Assembly: GCA_002427535.1 (NCBI GenBank)
Contig: DIRK01000058.1
Location: forward strand, 811 to 64,810
Direction of reading: 5' to 3'
From: Mageeibacillus sp. UBA5438
Lineage (GTDB): Bacteria; Bacillota; Clostridia; Saccharofermentanales; DTU023
DNA length: 64,000 nucleotides
The notes beneath the pieces were generated by a model, which was given only the letters and a program-made list of their open reading frames with translations, searched no databases and was not told where the DNA came from. Positions 16,559 to 26,400 of this stretch are shown one piece after another; the first letter of the stretch is position 1, and every line of letters begins with the position of its first letter. The position numbers were made by a program, and so were the translations under genes.

Positions 16559-18083
16559 GGTTCGGCCCCACCCCGCGGATCATCTGCGGCAAGGCGTCCA
16601 CGGCATCGCGGATCTCCGCGGTCGTAAAGGTCAGCCGTTCCACTACCTCCGCAAGACGTGTGTCAAACACATCCAGTGTGCGGCTCACATAGTCGCTCGA
16701 TTCTTTCGTGAAATTCGTGGTATTGTCGCGGATCTGACGGTTCAAATCTTCCAAGGTCGAAAGCTGTTCATCCAGGCGTTCAAGCAAAATCGCCGCGTTC
16801 TTGTTCTGAGACGCGGACATGCGCACCGAAGCATCAATCGCGTTAGCACTCTCATCAATGCCCTCGCCGATCTTGTCAGAATACAGTTTCAGCTGCTCCG
16901 TCATCTTCTCCACATGGGTCGCAAGATCGTTTTGCTCCCCCGCGTAAAGCCGTGTAATCTTATCGACACTGACCCCTAAGGATTCCATACTGTCCGAAAT
17001 GGACGCCATCTCCTCGGCCATGTCATCCTTGGCAAGGGTCATAAGGCGCATGGCTTCCAGCACATCGTCGTGAATCAGTTTATTGTCGTCACGCGAGCGG
17101 ATCATGGTCGCGGTCGCCTCCTCCATCATGTCCGTGCTCGAGGCGGCTACCTGGTGCAGGATCTGCAGTTTATCGGGCAGGTTCGCCAGATGGACCGAAA
17201 GCGATTCAGCCACAGAAGCGGCAAACATATCCATCAGCTGCCGCATCCCCTCTTCTTGTTTTTCAGCCAGTGATTTGGCAAGTTCGGTCAAAGCGTGATT
17301 CGCGTCGTTCAAAGGCGGCGCGACCTCTTCACTCATAATCTGCCGCACACTCGTGTTAATGCCCTCGGCAAAATCGCCCGAGGCCAAGGTGTCGGCAAGC
17401 CGCGAAAACTGATTCACTTCACTTCGCATCTTTTCGCCGTAACTCAGCATTTCGCTGACAAGAAGGGACACGCCCGTCCCGTCCAAGAAAACAGGGGCGA
17501 AAGAAGACAAAGCCACGAGCGCGCGATTTTTTGCCTCCTCAACCTGCCTTGCGGCGCGGTTGCCGTACCAGAGCAACATAAGCGCCATCAAAAGCGATGC
17601 GAAAAACAACGCGCCGCCCACCGCCAACGACAGCACCCACTGCTTTGAAAACAAAGCAAAGAGCAAAAGAAGCGACAGGCCGCCAGATCCGACGGCAAAG
17701 CAGATAAGCGCGAAAAGGCGCGTCTTGGTCAGCACCAAGGCTTTGTCAAAAAAACCGAGTGAATCAAAAATAGGATCAGGATCGGGCAACAATCGCCCCT
17801 CATAGTGCAAAAAACTGATCCGTGAAAGCTGATCGCCGAACGCTGTCAGATGTTCATCACCGGCGTCATGAAACGCCTCCCGGACGGACTCTGCCGGCAG
17901 CAACGCGGCATCGGGTCCCCCTTTTAAGCGATCGACAATCGACGATGCGTCTCCTTGTGCAATGAGTGTTTTATGACGGCTTTTGATAATGCCTACCGCC
18001 AACAGGGCCAACGCGGCCAATAAAAGCATCGCTCCCCCGATTAAGGTTGACAATACAAAGGGATCTTGAAAATTAACGGGCAC
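16551..18083 (-). CDS. hypothetical membrane protein (3 predicted TM) with ~340-aa alpha-helical/coiled-coil C-terminal domain
   Basis: GTG start preceded by AGAGGAGGA with 7-nt spacing. TM segments at ~10-33 and ~115-170. Then a long Ala/Glu/Ser/Asp-rich helical region with no recognisable catalytic motif. Confidence 0.55.
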   Translation of the reverse strand: MPVNFQDPFVLSTLIGGAMLLLAALALLAVGIIKSRHKTLIAQGDASSIVDRLKGGPDAALLPAESVREAFHDAGDEHLTAFGDQLSRISFLHYEGRLLPDPDPIFDSLGFFDKALVLTKTRLFALICFAVGSGGLSLLLLFALFSKQWVLSLAVGGALFFASLLMALMLLWYGNRAARQVEEAKNRALVALSSFAPVFLDGTGVSLLVSEMLSYGEKMRSEVNQFSRLADTLASGDFAEGINTSVRQIMSEEVAPPLNDANHALTELAKSLAEKQEEGMRQLMDMFAASVAESLSVHLANLPDKLQILHQVAASSTDMMEEATATMIRSRDDNKLIHDDVLEAMRLMTLAKDDMAEEMASISDSMESLGVSVDKITRLYAGEQNDLATHVEKMTEQLKLYSDKIGEGIDESANAIDASVRMSASQNKNAAILLERLDEQLSTLEDLNRQIRDNTTNFTKESSDYVSRTLDVFDTRLAEVVERLTFTTAEIRDAVDALPQMIRGVGPNHG

Positions 18084-18099
18084 AGCCTAATCCTCCTCT

Positions 18100-19179
18100 T
18101 TATGAATCTCGCAGGAACGCGAATTTGATCAGTTCACGCAATAATTCCGCGTCACCGTAGCCCGCTTCGCGAAACAGCCTGGGGTACATGCTGATACTCA
18201 CAAATCCGGGAATTGTATTGATTTCATTGAGCAACACCCGGTCATCTTCGGTGAGGAAGAAATCAATCCGGGCCATGCCGTAACAGTCGAGCGCCTGCCA
18301 GGCCTCCGACGCGATCATGCGAAGGCGCATCAACTGATCGTCTCGAAGTTTCGCCGGGGCAATCAGTTCTGAAGCGGAATCTTCTTTGTATTTTGAGTCA
18401 TAGTCGTAAAACTCGCGGTCAGGGACAATCTCGCCGACGGGCGACAATATCGGTTTTCCGTAGCCACCGAACGCCGCGATCTCAAGTTCACGCCCCCTCA
18501 CCCCTTCTTCAATGACCAATTTTCGGTCATATTGAAAAGCAAACTCGATGGCGTCAACCAGTTCATCGGGGGACGCCACACGGCGGATGCCGAGAGAAGA
18601 ACCGCCGCGGGCCGGTTTCACAAATAGGGGGTAATGCATCCCCTGGACAAGATCGTCGAGCATTTTCTCGTCGCGATGAATGAAGGTATATCGATCCAGG
18701 GCGCGCCAAGGCGTATGCGGGATGGCACATTGGTCAAAGACCGTGTTCGCGAATACTTTGTCCATGGCTATCGCGCTTGCGGCGACCCCGCAGCCGACGT
18801 AAGGAATCCCCGAAAGCTCAAGCATCCCCTGGACGGTGCCATCCTCCCCAAAAGGGCCGTGGAGCACGGGGAAAACGCAGTCCACCGGGTAAGTAATCGA
18901 CCGGCCGTCGCGTTTGGTAAACAGATAAGGCTTGGACGTATCAGGGACAAGCGTCGCAGGGGTCACAGGACCCTCGGCGTACCAGCGGTCTTCCCGCATG
19001 GCCTGGGTCGGGCCTCCGTAGGCGTACCAGCGACCTTCCCGCGTGATGGCGACGGGAAGAATATGAAACGCTTCACACTGCTTCAATGTATCAATGATAT
19101 AGGCAGCCGAAGAAAGCGAGACCTCATGCTCCCCCGAGCGGCCGCCAAAAAGGACGACGATATTTTTACGAGACGCCAT
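18100..19179 (-). CDS. ddl: D-alanine--D-alanine ligase
   Basis: 359 aa. N-terminal VVLFGGRSGEHEVSLSSA. ATP-grasp C-terminal half (ARIDFFL..NEINTIPG). Confidence 0.92.
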   Translation of the reverse strand: MASRKNIVVLFGGRSGEHEVSLSSAAYIIDTLKQCEAFHILPVAITREGRWYAYGGPTQAMREDRWYAEGPVTPATLVPDTSKPYLFTKRDGRSITYPVDCVFPVLHGPFGEDGTVQGMLELSGIPYVGCGVAASAIAMDKVFANTVFDQCAIPHTPWRALDRYTFIHRDEKMLDDLVQGMHYPLFVKPARGGSSLGIRRVASPDELVDAIEFAFQYDRKLVIEEGVRGRELEIAAFGGYGKPILSPVGEIVPDREFYDYDSKYKEDSASELIAPAKLRDDQLMRLRMIASEAWQALDCYGMARIDFFLTEDDRVLLNEINTIPGFVSISMYPRLFREAGYGDAELLRELIKFAFLRDS

Positions 19180-19699
19180 TTGAATCTCCCAGGCTCTTCT
19201 TGTTGCGGGTAATATTCACGAGAATATCCGTCAGATGATCTTCCAAATTGCTCATCATCTCGTGCGCGTATTCAATCGCGGCCGCGCGGATGTCCGCACT
19301 CTGGCGCGTCGCATCCTCGATCATGATCGAGGCATTGTTCAAGGCCTGCTGCGTAATCTCATGCTCGTCGATCATGCGCGCCATCTGCGCTTCCGCATCA
19401 CGCATAATGGTGTCCGCCTCCCGCCTTGCCTGATTAATCAGCTGGCGGTTTTGCTGGAGCACCCATTTGGCCCGCTCAAATTCTTCGGGCAGACCCTCCC
19501 GGATCATACGGACGAGAAAAAGCATCTCCTCACGTTCGACCATGCAGCGATCTGAAAAAGGGACCGCACGCGCGTCGATCATTTCTGTTTCCAGCCGATC
19601 AAGCAAGGTGGCAACGCTTCTATCCTCACGGGGGCGTTCCCGCCTCCTTACTTCCTCGCGATCACCCTCTGCTTCACGCCTCTCCTCATAGTCATTCAT
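19166..19699 (-). CDS. conserved hypothetical coiled-coil protein (family often auto-annotated as ATPase subunit-like)
   Basis: Best start is the ATG at 19699 (GGAGGA, 7-nt spacer), just after the coaD stop. Highly charged helical sequence (..RAKWVLQQNRQLINQARREADTIMRDAEAQ..). Confidence 0.45.
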   Translation of the reverse strand: MNDYEERREAEGDREEVRRRERPREDRSVATLLDRLETEMIDARAVPFSDRCMVEREEMLFLVRMIREGLPEEFERAKWVLQQNRQLINQARREADTIMRDAEAQMARMIDEHEITQQALNNASIMIEDATRQSADIRAAAIEYAHEMMSNLEDHLTDILVNITRNKKSLGDSNGVS

Positions 19700-20222
19700 G
19701 TTCATTTCCTCCATCCGAAACTCCGTATAATGACGTGACCTCATCTAAAATAGCCTCAGGTATAAAAGAGGCGACCGATTCCCCCAGCCTCGCGATCTCG
19801 CGCACCAGCGAGGAGGACAAATTCCGATAACTTGAATAGGACGGCAAAAAGATCGTCTCCACCCGAACGTCCAGCATGCGGTTGATCTCGGCCATTTGAA
19901 TTTCTTCTTCAAATTGGACCGGTCCCCGTACCCCCCGGACTATCGTGTCGATCCCATGCTTCTCACAAAAATGAACCAGTAATCCGTCGGCCGCAAGAAC
20001 CTCGACCGAGGGATAATCTGCCAACGCTTTACGGATCCATTCGACGCGCTTTTCAATCGGAACCACCGTCGTCTTATGACTGTTGTCAAAAACAGCAATC
20101 ACTAATTCATCGCAAAGCAATATTGCCCGCTCCACGACATTCAGATGCCCTTTTGTAAAGGGATCGTAAGTCCCGGGAAAGACCATTTTGCGCTTTTTCT
20201 CGATTGAGCCGTCTGAGCGCAT
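19692..20222 (-). CDS. coaD: pantetheine-phosphate adenylyltransferase
   Basis: GTYDPFTKGHLNVVERA nucleotidyltransferase motif. ATG at 20222 preceded by GGGAGG; the listed start 20225 is TTG. Confidence 0.9.
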   Translation of the reverse strand: MRSDGSIEKKRKMVFPGTYDPFTKGHLNVVERAILLCDELVIAVFDNSHKTTVVPIEKRVEWIRKALADYPSVEVLAADGLLVHFCEKHGIDTIVRGVRGPVQFEEEIQMAEINRMLDVRVETIFLPSYSSYRNLSSSLVREIARLGESVASFIPEAILDEVTSLYGVSDGGNEHE

Positions 20223-20252
20223 CAAAATGCCTCCCTTATTTCGCCGTAATAC

Positions 20253-20822
20253 CTATTTTGAGTCTGTTTTAAGCTGGTAAAAGGATAGCACGCCACTGCC
20301 GTACTGACAACCGCGAACACGCGTCAGAGCCGTATCGAACATGACTTCCAACGGAGCCTTGCTGTCTGTTTCAATGATCAGGAAAGCATTGGGTAAAAGA
20401 AGTTTCGGCAAAATGGAATCAAGGGAGTGCATGACTTCATCGCTAAGTTTCCAGGGCGGATCCACATAGATCAGGTCAAAGCGCACCCCCTCTTGGACCA
20501 ATGCCTTTAAATGCCTCAGATAATCGCCGGGCAATAAGACCGCGCCTTCTGACAAACGCGTCTTTTCAATATTTTGCCTAATCGCCAACACGGCGTCCCT
20601 GTCCTTCTCGATCATGACCGCTTTTTGAGCGCCTCTTGACAGCGCCTCTAGTGCAATCTGCCCCGAACCTGAAAAAACATCGAGGATGGTAAATCCCTCA
20701 ACACGTTCCGAAAGAATTGAAAACAACGCCTCCTTCATCCGATCAGAGGTCGGCCGGCTCCCCAGCCCCTTAGGCGCCACGAGCCGTGTGCCTTTTGCTT
20801 TTCCCGCGATAATCCTCGGCAT
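20253..20822 (-). CDS. rsmD: 16S rRNA (guanine966-N2)-methyltransferase RsmD
   Basis: RPTSDRMKEALFSIL, SGSGQIALEALSRGA, YVDPPW motifs. Confidence 0.88.
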   Translation of the reverse strand: MPRIIAGKAKGTRLVAPKGLGSRPTSDRMKEALFSILSERVEGFTILDVFSGSGQIALEALSRGAQKAVMIEKDRDAVLAIRQNIEKTRLSEGAVLLPGDYLRHLKALVQEGVRFDLIYVDPPWKLSDEVMHSLDSILPKLLLPNAFLIIETDSKAPLEVMFDTALTRVRGCQYGSGVLSFYQLKTDSK

Positions 20823-20831
20823 CTAACCCTC

Positions 20832-22883
20832 CTACAGCCCGGGACGCGTCAGGCGTTCACCGTAGCGCCTTTTGAATTCCCTCATGATCACTTGGTTCTC
20901 TGGCTTTGACAGGTCGGGATCCTGTTTGAAAAGAGCGTCACACAGCCGGTAGGCTTCTTTTAACAATTCACTGTCTTCATACAGGTTCGCCACCTTGAAA
21001 TCGGGAAGACCGTGCTGTTCCACACCGAAAAAATCACCGGGGCCGCGAAGCAAAAGATCCTCCTCCGCGATCATGAAACCGCTGTTGTTTTTACACAACA
21101 CCGTCAACCTTCTTTTCACCAAGGGATCTTCACTGTCACTCATCAGGATACAAAAAGATTCAATGGAAGAACGTCCGACACGCCCTCTCAACTGGTGCAG
21201 CTGAGACAGGCCGAAACGTTCCGCGTTTTCAACCACCAGGAGCGTCGCGTCCGGCTGGTCGATGCCCACCTCAATGACCGTTGTTGAGACGAGAATATCA
21301 ATCTCACCCCGGCCGAAGGCCTCCATGACCGACAGTTTCTCCTTCGTCTTTAAGCGGCCGTGCATGAGGGCGACCCGTAAATCAGGAAACACCTGTTTGG
21401 ACAGACGCTCGTACACGGTTTGTGCGGAGTTCAGATCCATGAGATCAGAATCCTCGATCATGGGGCAGACGACATACACCTTGTGCCCCCTTTCAACCTC
21501 GCGGCGGATCGCGCGATCCACGCGCGGGCGCTCGTGCTCCGTCGCGGTGTAGGTCTTCACCGGCAACCGCCCCTTGGGATTGTCCCGCATCTCCGAGATA
21601 TCCAGGTCGCCGTACAAGATCATGGCAAGCGTCCTCGGGATCGGGGTCGCGGACATGACGAGCACATGCGGGATCATCACCCCTTCTCCTGTCAGGCTGA
21701 CGCGCTGGCGGACGCCGAAGCGATGCTGTTCGTCCGTGACACAGAGCCCCAATTTTTGGAAGGTGACATCGCTTTCTAACACCGCGTGTGTGCCGATCAG
21801 GATATCAATCGTACCTTTTTTTAACTGCTCGGCAAGAAGCCGCCTTTTAGCAGCGGGGACGGCGCCCGTAAGAAGCGCGATTTCAAGGCCGGTACCTTCC
21901 AATATTTTCGCTAAACTCTCGGCATGTTGGCCGGCCAAAATGGTCGTCGGCGCCATCAGGACCGACTGGTAGCCCTCCCAGGCGGCCACCGCCATGGCCG
22001 CGGCCGCGACCACCGTTTTTCCGGAACCCACATCCCCCTGGATCAGGCGATTGGCCGGCTCCGCGCGTTTGAAATCAGTCAGGATCGCCTCGATCGTCTC
22101 CTTTTGTGAGCCGGTCAGTTCGAAAGGTAATTGTGAAAGAAGCGATTGAAGTTTCGTCTCGGTCTCAGCCCCTATGGCCATCTCGGGACCCTTTTCCTTC
22201 TTCCTTCCCGCGCGAAGCGCGCGAAGGCCCGAAAGGACAAGAAACAACTCTTCAAAGGCAAGACGCCGTCTCGCGATGTCGATCTCCTTTGCGTCATTTG
22301 GAAAATGAATTCTTCGGATCGCAAAATCCGCCGTTGAAAGCTTCGCCTGCTGGCGGATGGAAGGCGGTAACGATTCTTCCACCGTAAGATCGGAATGTAA
22401 AAGAATCCTTTGCACGGCCTGACGGATGTTTGACTGGTAGAGCCCCGCGGTCAAGGGGTACACGGGAAGAAAGGCAGGCAAATCGCTATCATCGAGTTTT
22501 CGAAACTCAGGACTCAACACCGTGCGTCCGCGCTTGGTTTCAATCTTGCCCCGAAACACATAGCGCTCGCCCCGCCGAATCTGTTCGGTGATCCACGGTT
22601 GGTTAAACCAAATCACTGCGATGTGGCCGCTGTCATCCGAGAGTCGAGTGCGGACATAACAGAGCTTGCCTCTGCGCGATAAGGAAGGCACCTGATCGAC
22701 CGTGGCTTCAAAAACGGCTAAATCGCCTTCGCGTAGCGACGCGATCGGGACGCGTTCATGCCAGTTCTCGTATGAGCGCGGCATGAGCCATAAAAGATCG
22801 TCTAGGCTATAGATGCCCAGTTTTTGAAACAACTTCCCCCGTCTTTCTGAAATCCCCGGTAAAACCGTAATCGCTTTTTCCAT
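20832..22883 (-). CDS. recG: ATP-dependent DNA helicase RecG
   Basis: Wedge domain plus SF2 helicase motifs GDVGSGKT and DEQHRFG. Start MEKAITVLPGI at 22883 avoids overlap with nth. Confidence 0.92.
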   Translation of the reverse strand: MEKAITVLPGISERRGKLFQKLGIYSLDDLLWLMPRSYENWHERVPIASLREGDLAVFEATVDQVPSLSRRGKLCYVRTRLSDDSGHIAVIWFNQPWITEQIRRGERYVFRGKIETKRGRTVLSPEFRKLDDSDLPAFLPVYPLTAGLYQSNIRQAVQRILLHSDLTVEESLPPSIRQQAKLSTADFAIRRIHFPNDAKEIDIARRRLAFEELFLVLSGLRALRAGRKKEKGPEMAIGAETETKLQSLLSQLPFELTGSQKETIEAILTDFKRAEPANRLIQGDVGSGKTVVAAAAMAVAAWEGYQSVLMAPTTILAGQHAESLAKILEGTGLEIALLTGAVPAAKRRLLAEQLKKGTIDILIGTHAVLESDVTFQKLGLCVTDEQHRFGVRQRVSLTGEGVMIPHVLVMSATPIPRTLAMILYGDLDISEMRDNPKGRLPVKTYTATEHERPRVDRAIRREVERGHKVYVVCPMIEDSDLMDLNSAQTVYERLSKQVFPDLRVALMHGRLKTKEKLSVMEAFGRGEIDILVSTTVIEVGIDQPDATLLVVENAERFGLSQLHQLRGRVGRSSIESFCILMSDSEDPLVKRRLTVLCKNNSGFMIAEEDLLLRGPGDFFGVEQHGLPDFKVANLYEDSELLKEAYRLCDALFKQDPDLSKPENQVIMREFKRRYGERLTRPGL

Positions 22884-22893
22884 GAATAAGGGG

Positions 22894-23595
22894 TCAGACA
22901 CAATCTTGCTCCTCGGCTTCGGAGGGATCGAGCGCCTCACCGTATCGGCATTCTGCCCGGATGGGACATGAAAAACAAAGACGGCAGCGTGCCTTGCAGA
23001 GATCGCGACCGTGAGTGACCATGAGGTGCCCCCAAAGTGTCCAGTGCTCTTCTGGCAGGATGGCCATCAGGTCGCGTTCAATTTTTGGAGGTCTGTCACT
23101 GTCGGTGAAACCGATCAGGCGACTGATCCGGGCACAGTGCGTATCCACCACGACCGCCTGCTTGCCGAAGGCATCGCCCCGGATGAGGTTAGCGATCTTG
23201 CGGCCGACGCCGGGGAGCGCCATCAGCGCTTCTTCCGACTCCGGAACCCGGCCGTCATAATGCTCAACCAACTGCTGCGCGGTGCCGACCAGGGCCTTGG
23301 CCTTGGAGCGGAACAGGCCGCAGCTGCGAATAATGGGCTCAACCGCCTTTATCTCCGCCAGAGCCATGGATTCCGGGTCAGGATATTCTGAAAAAAGCGC
23401 GGGCGTTATTTTATTCACGCGCTCATCGGTGCATTGAGAGGCCAGGATGGCGCCCACCAAAAGCTCCCAGGGCGATTCATGCGTCAAGGTGGTTTCGGCA
23501 TAGGGGTAATGTTGTAACAGTTTTTCAACGATGATGCGGGCGCGTTTTTCGGTCAGTTGAAGAGCACTCAAGGCCGTTCCTCCAACAAGAAACAT
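22894..23595 (-). CDS. nth: endonuclease III
   Basis: HhH-GPD motif LPGVGRKIANLI. C-terminal Cx6Cx2Cx5C Fe-S cluster (CKARCRLCFSCPIRAEC). Confidence 0.9.
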   Translation of the reverse strand: MFLVGGTALSALQLTEKRARIIVEKLLQHYPYAETTLTHESPWELLVGAILASQCTDERVNKITPALFSEYPDPESMALAEIKAVEPIIRSCGLFRSKAKALVGTAQQLVEHYDGRVPESEEALMALPGVGRKIANLIRGDAFGKQAVVVDTHCARISRLIGFTDSDRPPKIERDLMAILPEEHWTLWGHLMVTHGRDLCKARCRLCFSCPIRAECRYGEALDPSEAEEQDCV

Positions 23596-24779
23596 GTTTT
23601 GACAAGGGTCTGTTCATCCGAGGGGCGAAACACCGTCATCTCCATCAGGGCGCCCACCACTTGACCGTCCATGAAGCTTAGGAGGTCTTTTGTCTCCTCC
23701 ATTACTTGGCCGTTAATACTAAGGAGAATGTCACCCGCGTTCAATCCGGCGGTGTAGGCGGCGCTTTCCGGCTTCACTAAATCAATGTACAGTCCCTTGG
23801 GATATCCGAAACGCTCGGATAACTCATGCATCTCCTCATCCGCAAGTACCGTGATGCCGAGTGCCGCGCGTCTTTCCGGCGCGCCTTCCGGTCGATGGAG
23901 AATGCGGTCAATGACATCCAGCACCACCGGTGACGGCACAGCGTAACCCTGATGCTGCACATAGATGCGCCTGAGGTAGGCGCTCGTCAAGGCAACAATT
24001 TCACCGTCACGGTTAATGAGCGGGCTGCCCGCGTAAACAGAAAAGGTGGGGATGCTTGTCTCCAACAGCCCCAAAGGCGAGCCATCCTCTTCAATGGCCG
24101 CGCGATAAAGTGATGTGATGTAACCGATCGCAAGGCCCCCATCACGGATCAAGGCGGGCGGATAACCGATCATGTAGACGGGAGCGCCGATAGCCAGTTC
24201 AGGATTTTTGGCCAAGGTTACCGCGGGGAAACTCAACTCTTCTTGCTCCTGAACCTTGATAATGGCCAGATCCACCGTCGAATGGTAACCCAGAAGTTTT
24301 GCGGGAAGCGCCTCATGGGTTCCCCTGATCGTCACATCGATCGACGCGTCGGGCAAAAGCTCACCGCGATAATCAAGCGCCCGTTCGAACAAGCTGTAGG
24401 TGGTGACGATGATCCCGGATTCATCCACGATAAGGCCCGTGAAGAATTCTTCGCGTTTGGCATAAAGAGAAGAGGCCGGTATCGTGACATGGATAGACAC
24501 CACGGAAGGTGCGATCTGTTCATAAATATCGGCTAAGAAATTCTCATCTTCTTCGGGGAGTTCCGGATCATTATCCGTCGGCTCAGTCACCGGCGTCGTC
24601 GTCACCGTGGTCGTACGGGTCGTGGTGGTTGTGCTACGGGTTGTCAAAGCTGAAGTCTCACTTTCGGACGGTTCTGTCGCCTCGCCGTTTTGTCCCGGAC
24701 AAGAAAGCGGAATAAAGATCGCCGCGACAAGTAGCAAAGCGATCAGAAAGATCAGTAATATCCGCTCCTTTTTAATCAT
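23568..24779 (-). CDS. HtrA/DegP-like trypsin-fold + PDZ protein, catalytic His and Ser apparently substituted
   Basis: Signal/TM anchor, Thr-rich linker, S1C-like core. GIIVTTYSLF sits where ..TNxHV.. is expected. DLAIIKV (Asp) is retained. VYAGSPLINRDGEIVAL sits where GNSGGPLxNxxGExIG is expected. C-terminal PDZ (GLNAGDILLSINGQ). Confidence 0.7.
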   Translation of the reverse strand: MIKKERILLIFLIALLLVAAIFIPLSCPGQNGEATEPSESETSALTTRSTTTTTRTTTVTTTPVTEPTDNDPELPEEDENFLADIYEQIAPSVVSIHVTIPASSLYAKREEFFTGLIVDESGIIVTTYSLFERALDYRGELLPDASIDVTIRGTHEALPAKLLGYHSTVDLAIIKVQEQEELSFPAVTLAKNPELAIGAPVYMIGYPPALIRDGGLAIGYITSLYRAAIEEDGSPLGLLETSIPTFSVYAGSPLINRDGEIVALTSAYLRRIYVQHQGYAVPSPVVLDVIDRILHRPEGAPERRAALGITVLADEEMHELSERFGYPKGLYIDLVKPESAAYTAGLNAGDILLSINGQVMEETKDLLSFMDGQVVGALMEMTVFRPSDEQTLVKTCFLLEERP

Positions 24780-24862
24780 CTAGGCATCCAACTCCCCGTT
24801 TGAATTTCATTTAGTTTAGCGATCACATATAGCCATTTTATGAACTATATAACAGGCAGGCC

Positions 24863-26398
24863 TCAGGGGCGGGCTACCGTGAAACTGATGCTGGCGCCGC
24901 CCAGTGTGGACGATCTTGTCGCGATGATCTCCTGACCGTGGCGCTGCACCAAGGCACGCGCGATGTAAAGCCCGAGCCCCGATCCCGATCCGTGGCGTGA
25001 CTTGTCCGCCTTATAAAAGCGATCGAAGATCTGAGGCAGATCATCCGCCGGAATGCCCGGTCCGTTATCCTCGACCGTGACACTGACGCAGCGCTCTCCG
25101 ACGCGTGTGCTGATCAGGATCAAGCCTCGGTCTGGCGTGAAGCGGATGGCGTTTGCGATCACATTGTTCAAAACCCGCGTCAGCTGCCCGATATCTCCAA
25201 CCACCCGCGTCGATTCGCCGTAGCGATAATCAAAGGCCACCTCCAACTCAATCGATTTTTCGGTAAGCATCGGCTCGAAGGACTGGCGGACCTGGCAGAT
25301 GAAGTCATTTAGCTCAAACACTTCCTGCTTCAAACGCTCCTGCCCCTCAAGGCCTGTTTCGGTGAACAGATCGTTGACAAGGCGTTCGAGACGATTGGTC
25401 TCCGATTTAATAATCGACAGATAGTAGTCAAATTTTTCTTCCGGAATGGTTCCGTCTCGCATGCCCTCGACAAAACCGCCGATGGAGGTCACAGGCGTTC
25501 GAAGGTCGTGGGAAACATTGCTCAAAAACTCCGCATACTGGCGCTCTCGATCCTCAAACTGTTCGATGAGCGTGTTGAAGGTACGGATGAGACGCGTCAA
25601 ATCGTCTTCTTTAATGCGGGAGGCCACCTGATCATGCTCAGGATCGTCTTGGTCAAGCATCAGTGTTTTATGTTTTTTGCCCCAGGTGACACGGGCGGAT
25701 AAATTGCCCGCATACACCGCATTCGCGGTTTTGGCCAGCTCTGATATCGGACGTGTAATATCCCGCGACAGCCAGATTATGATGAATAAGGACAAAAGGA
25801 AGGCCAGTGAAAAAGATAAGGGGACATTATGTTCCATCAGGAAGGCGCTAAAACTTTCGGCGCTGTGGCGCTTTAACAGCACCACTTCCCCTGTATAAAG
25901 ATCGCCGTGTTTTCCGATCGGGGAACTTGCGACAAGCCAGCTTGAGGCATCGGTTAAAAGCGTCTCAAAACCCGTCTTGTCGCCTGACTCACAGTAGACC
26001 GCGTGGCTTTGATTTCGCGCTTGCAAAGGCAACACAATGTCGCGCGAACCCTCCCGGCTTTCGTCGAGCTTCGCCATCGTGTCGGCGGGAATCCCTGTGT
26101 GGTAAATGATCTCACCGTTCGCGTTGATGATCCAGACAAAGGCCGTCGTCGAGCGCGAGGCAAAGGCGATATGCCCCGTGATATCCGCGCTTGTAAAAGT
26201 CGTATGCGTAGCATCCATCCGATCTTCGGTCAGAACCGACAGCTCAAAGGCGTTGCGCCGAAGCTCCTCCTTGCGCTGGGAGGCCGATGAAAGGGTGTAG
26301 ATCGCGCCATAAATGAAGGCAAGCACGAGAAAGACGACAAGAATGGCCGCCGAGATTTTTAAAAGCGTCCGCGTGTAAATGGAAATTCGGGTTTTCAC
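24863..26398 (-). CDS. sensor histidine kinase
   Basis: Two TM flanking an extracytoplasmic domain, then HAMP. H-box SNVSHDLRTPVTSI. HATPase boxes NAIRFTP, DNGPGI, GSGLGL. Confidence 0.9.
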   Translation of the reverse strand: MKTRISIYTRTLLKISAAILVVFLVLAFIYGAIYTLSSASQRKEELRRNAFELSVLTEDRMDATHTTFTSADITGHIAFASRSTTAFVWIINANGEIIYHTGIPADTMAKLDESREGSRDIVLPLQARNQSHAVYCESGDKTGFETLLTDASSWLVASSPIGKHGDLYTGEVVLLKRHSAESFSAFLMEHNVPLSFSLAFLLSLFIIIWLSRDITRPISELAKTANAVYAGNLSARVTWGKKHKTLMLDQDDPEHDQVASRIKEDDLTRLIRTFNTLIEQFEDRERQYAEFLSNVSHDLRTPVTSIGGFVEGMRDGTIPEEKFDYYLSIIKSETNRLERLVNDLFTETGLEGQERLKQEVFELNDFICQVRQSFEPMLTEKSIELEVAFDYRYGESTRVVGDIGQLTRVLNNVIANAIRFTPDRGLILISTRVGERCVSVTVEDNGPGIPADDLPQIFDRFYKADKSRHGSGSGLGLYIARALVQRHGQEIIATRSSTLGGASISFTVARP

Positions 26399-26400
26399 CG

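Noticed and set aside
16551-18083. Interpreting the 3-TM long-tailed protein as a ZorA/MotA-like stator (defence system) or as a methyl-accepting chemotaxis protein.
   Set aside because: I see no MotA/ExbB proton-channel motifs, no MCP signalling hairpin consensus and no ZorB/OmpA-like partner. The gene is embedded in a housekeeping operon after ddl. The resemblance is only architectural.
24590-24660. Thr-codon-rich repetitive tract (TTRSTTTTTRTTTVTTT).
   Set aside because: It is an in-frame low-complexity linker between the membrane anchor and the protease-like domain of the HtrA-like protein. It is not a tandem-repeat locus or a CRISPR-like array.
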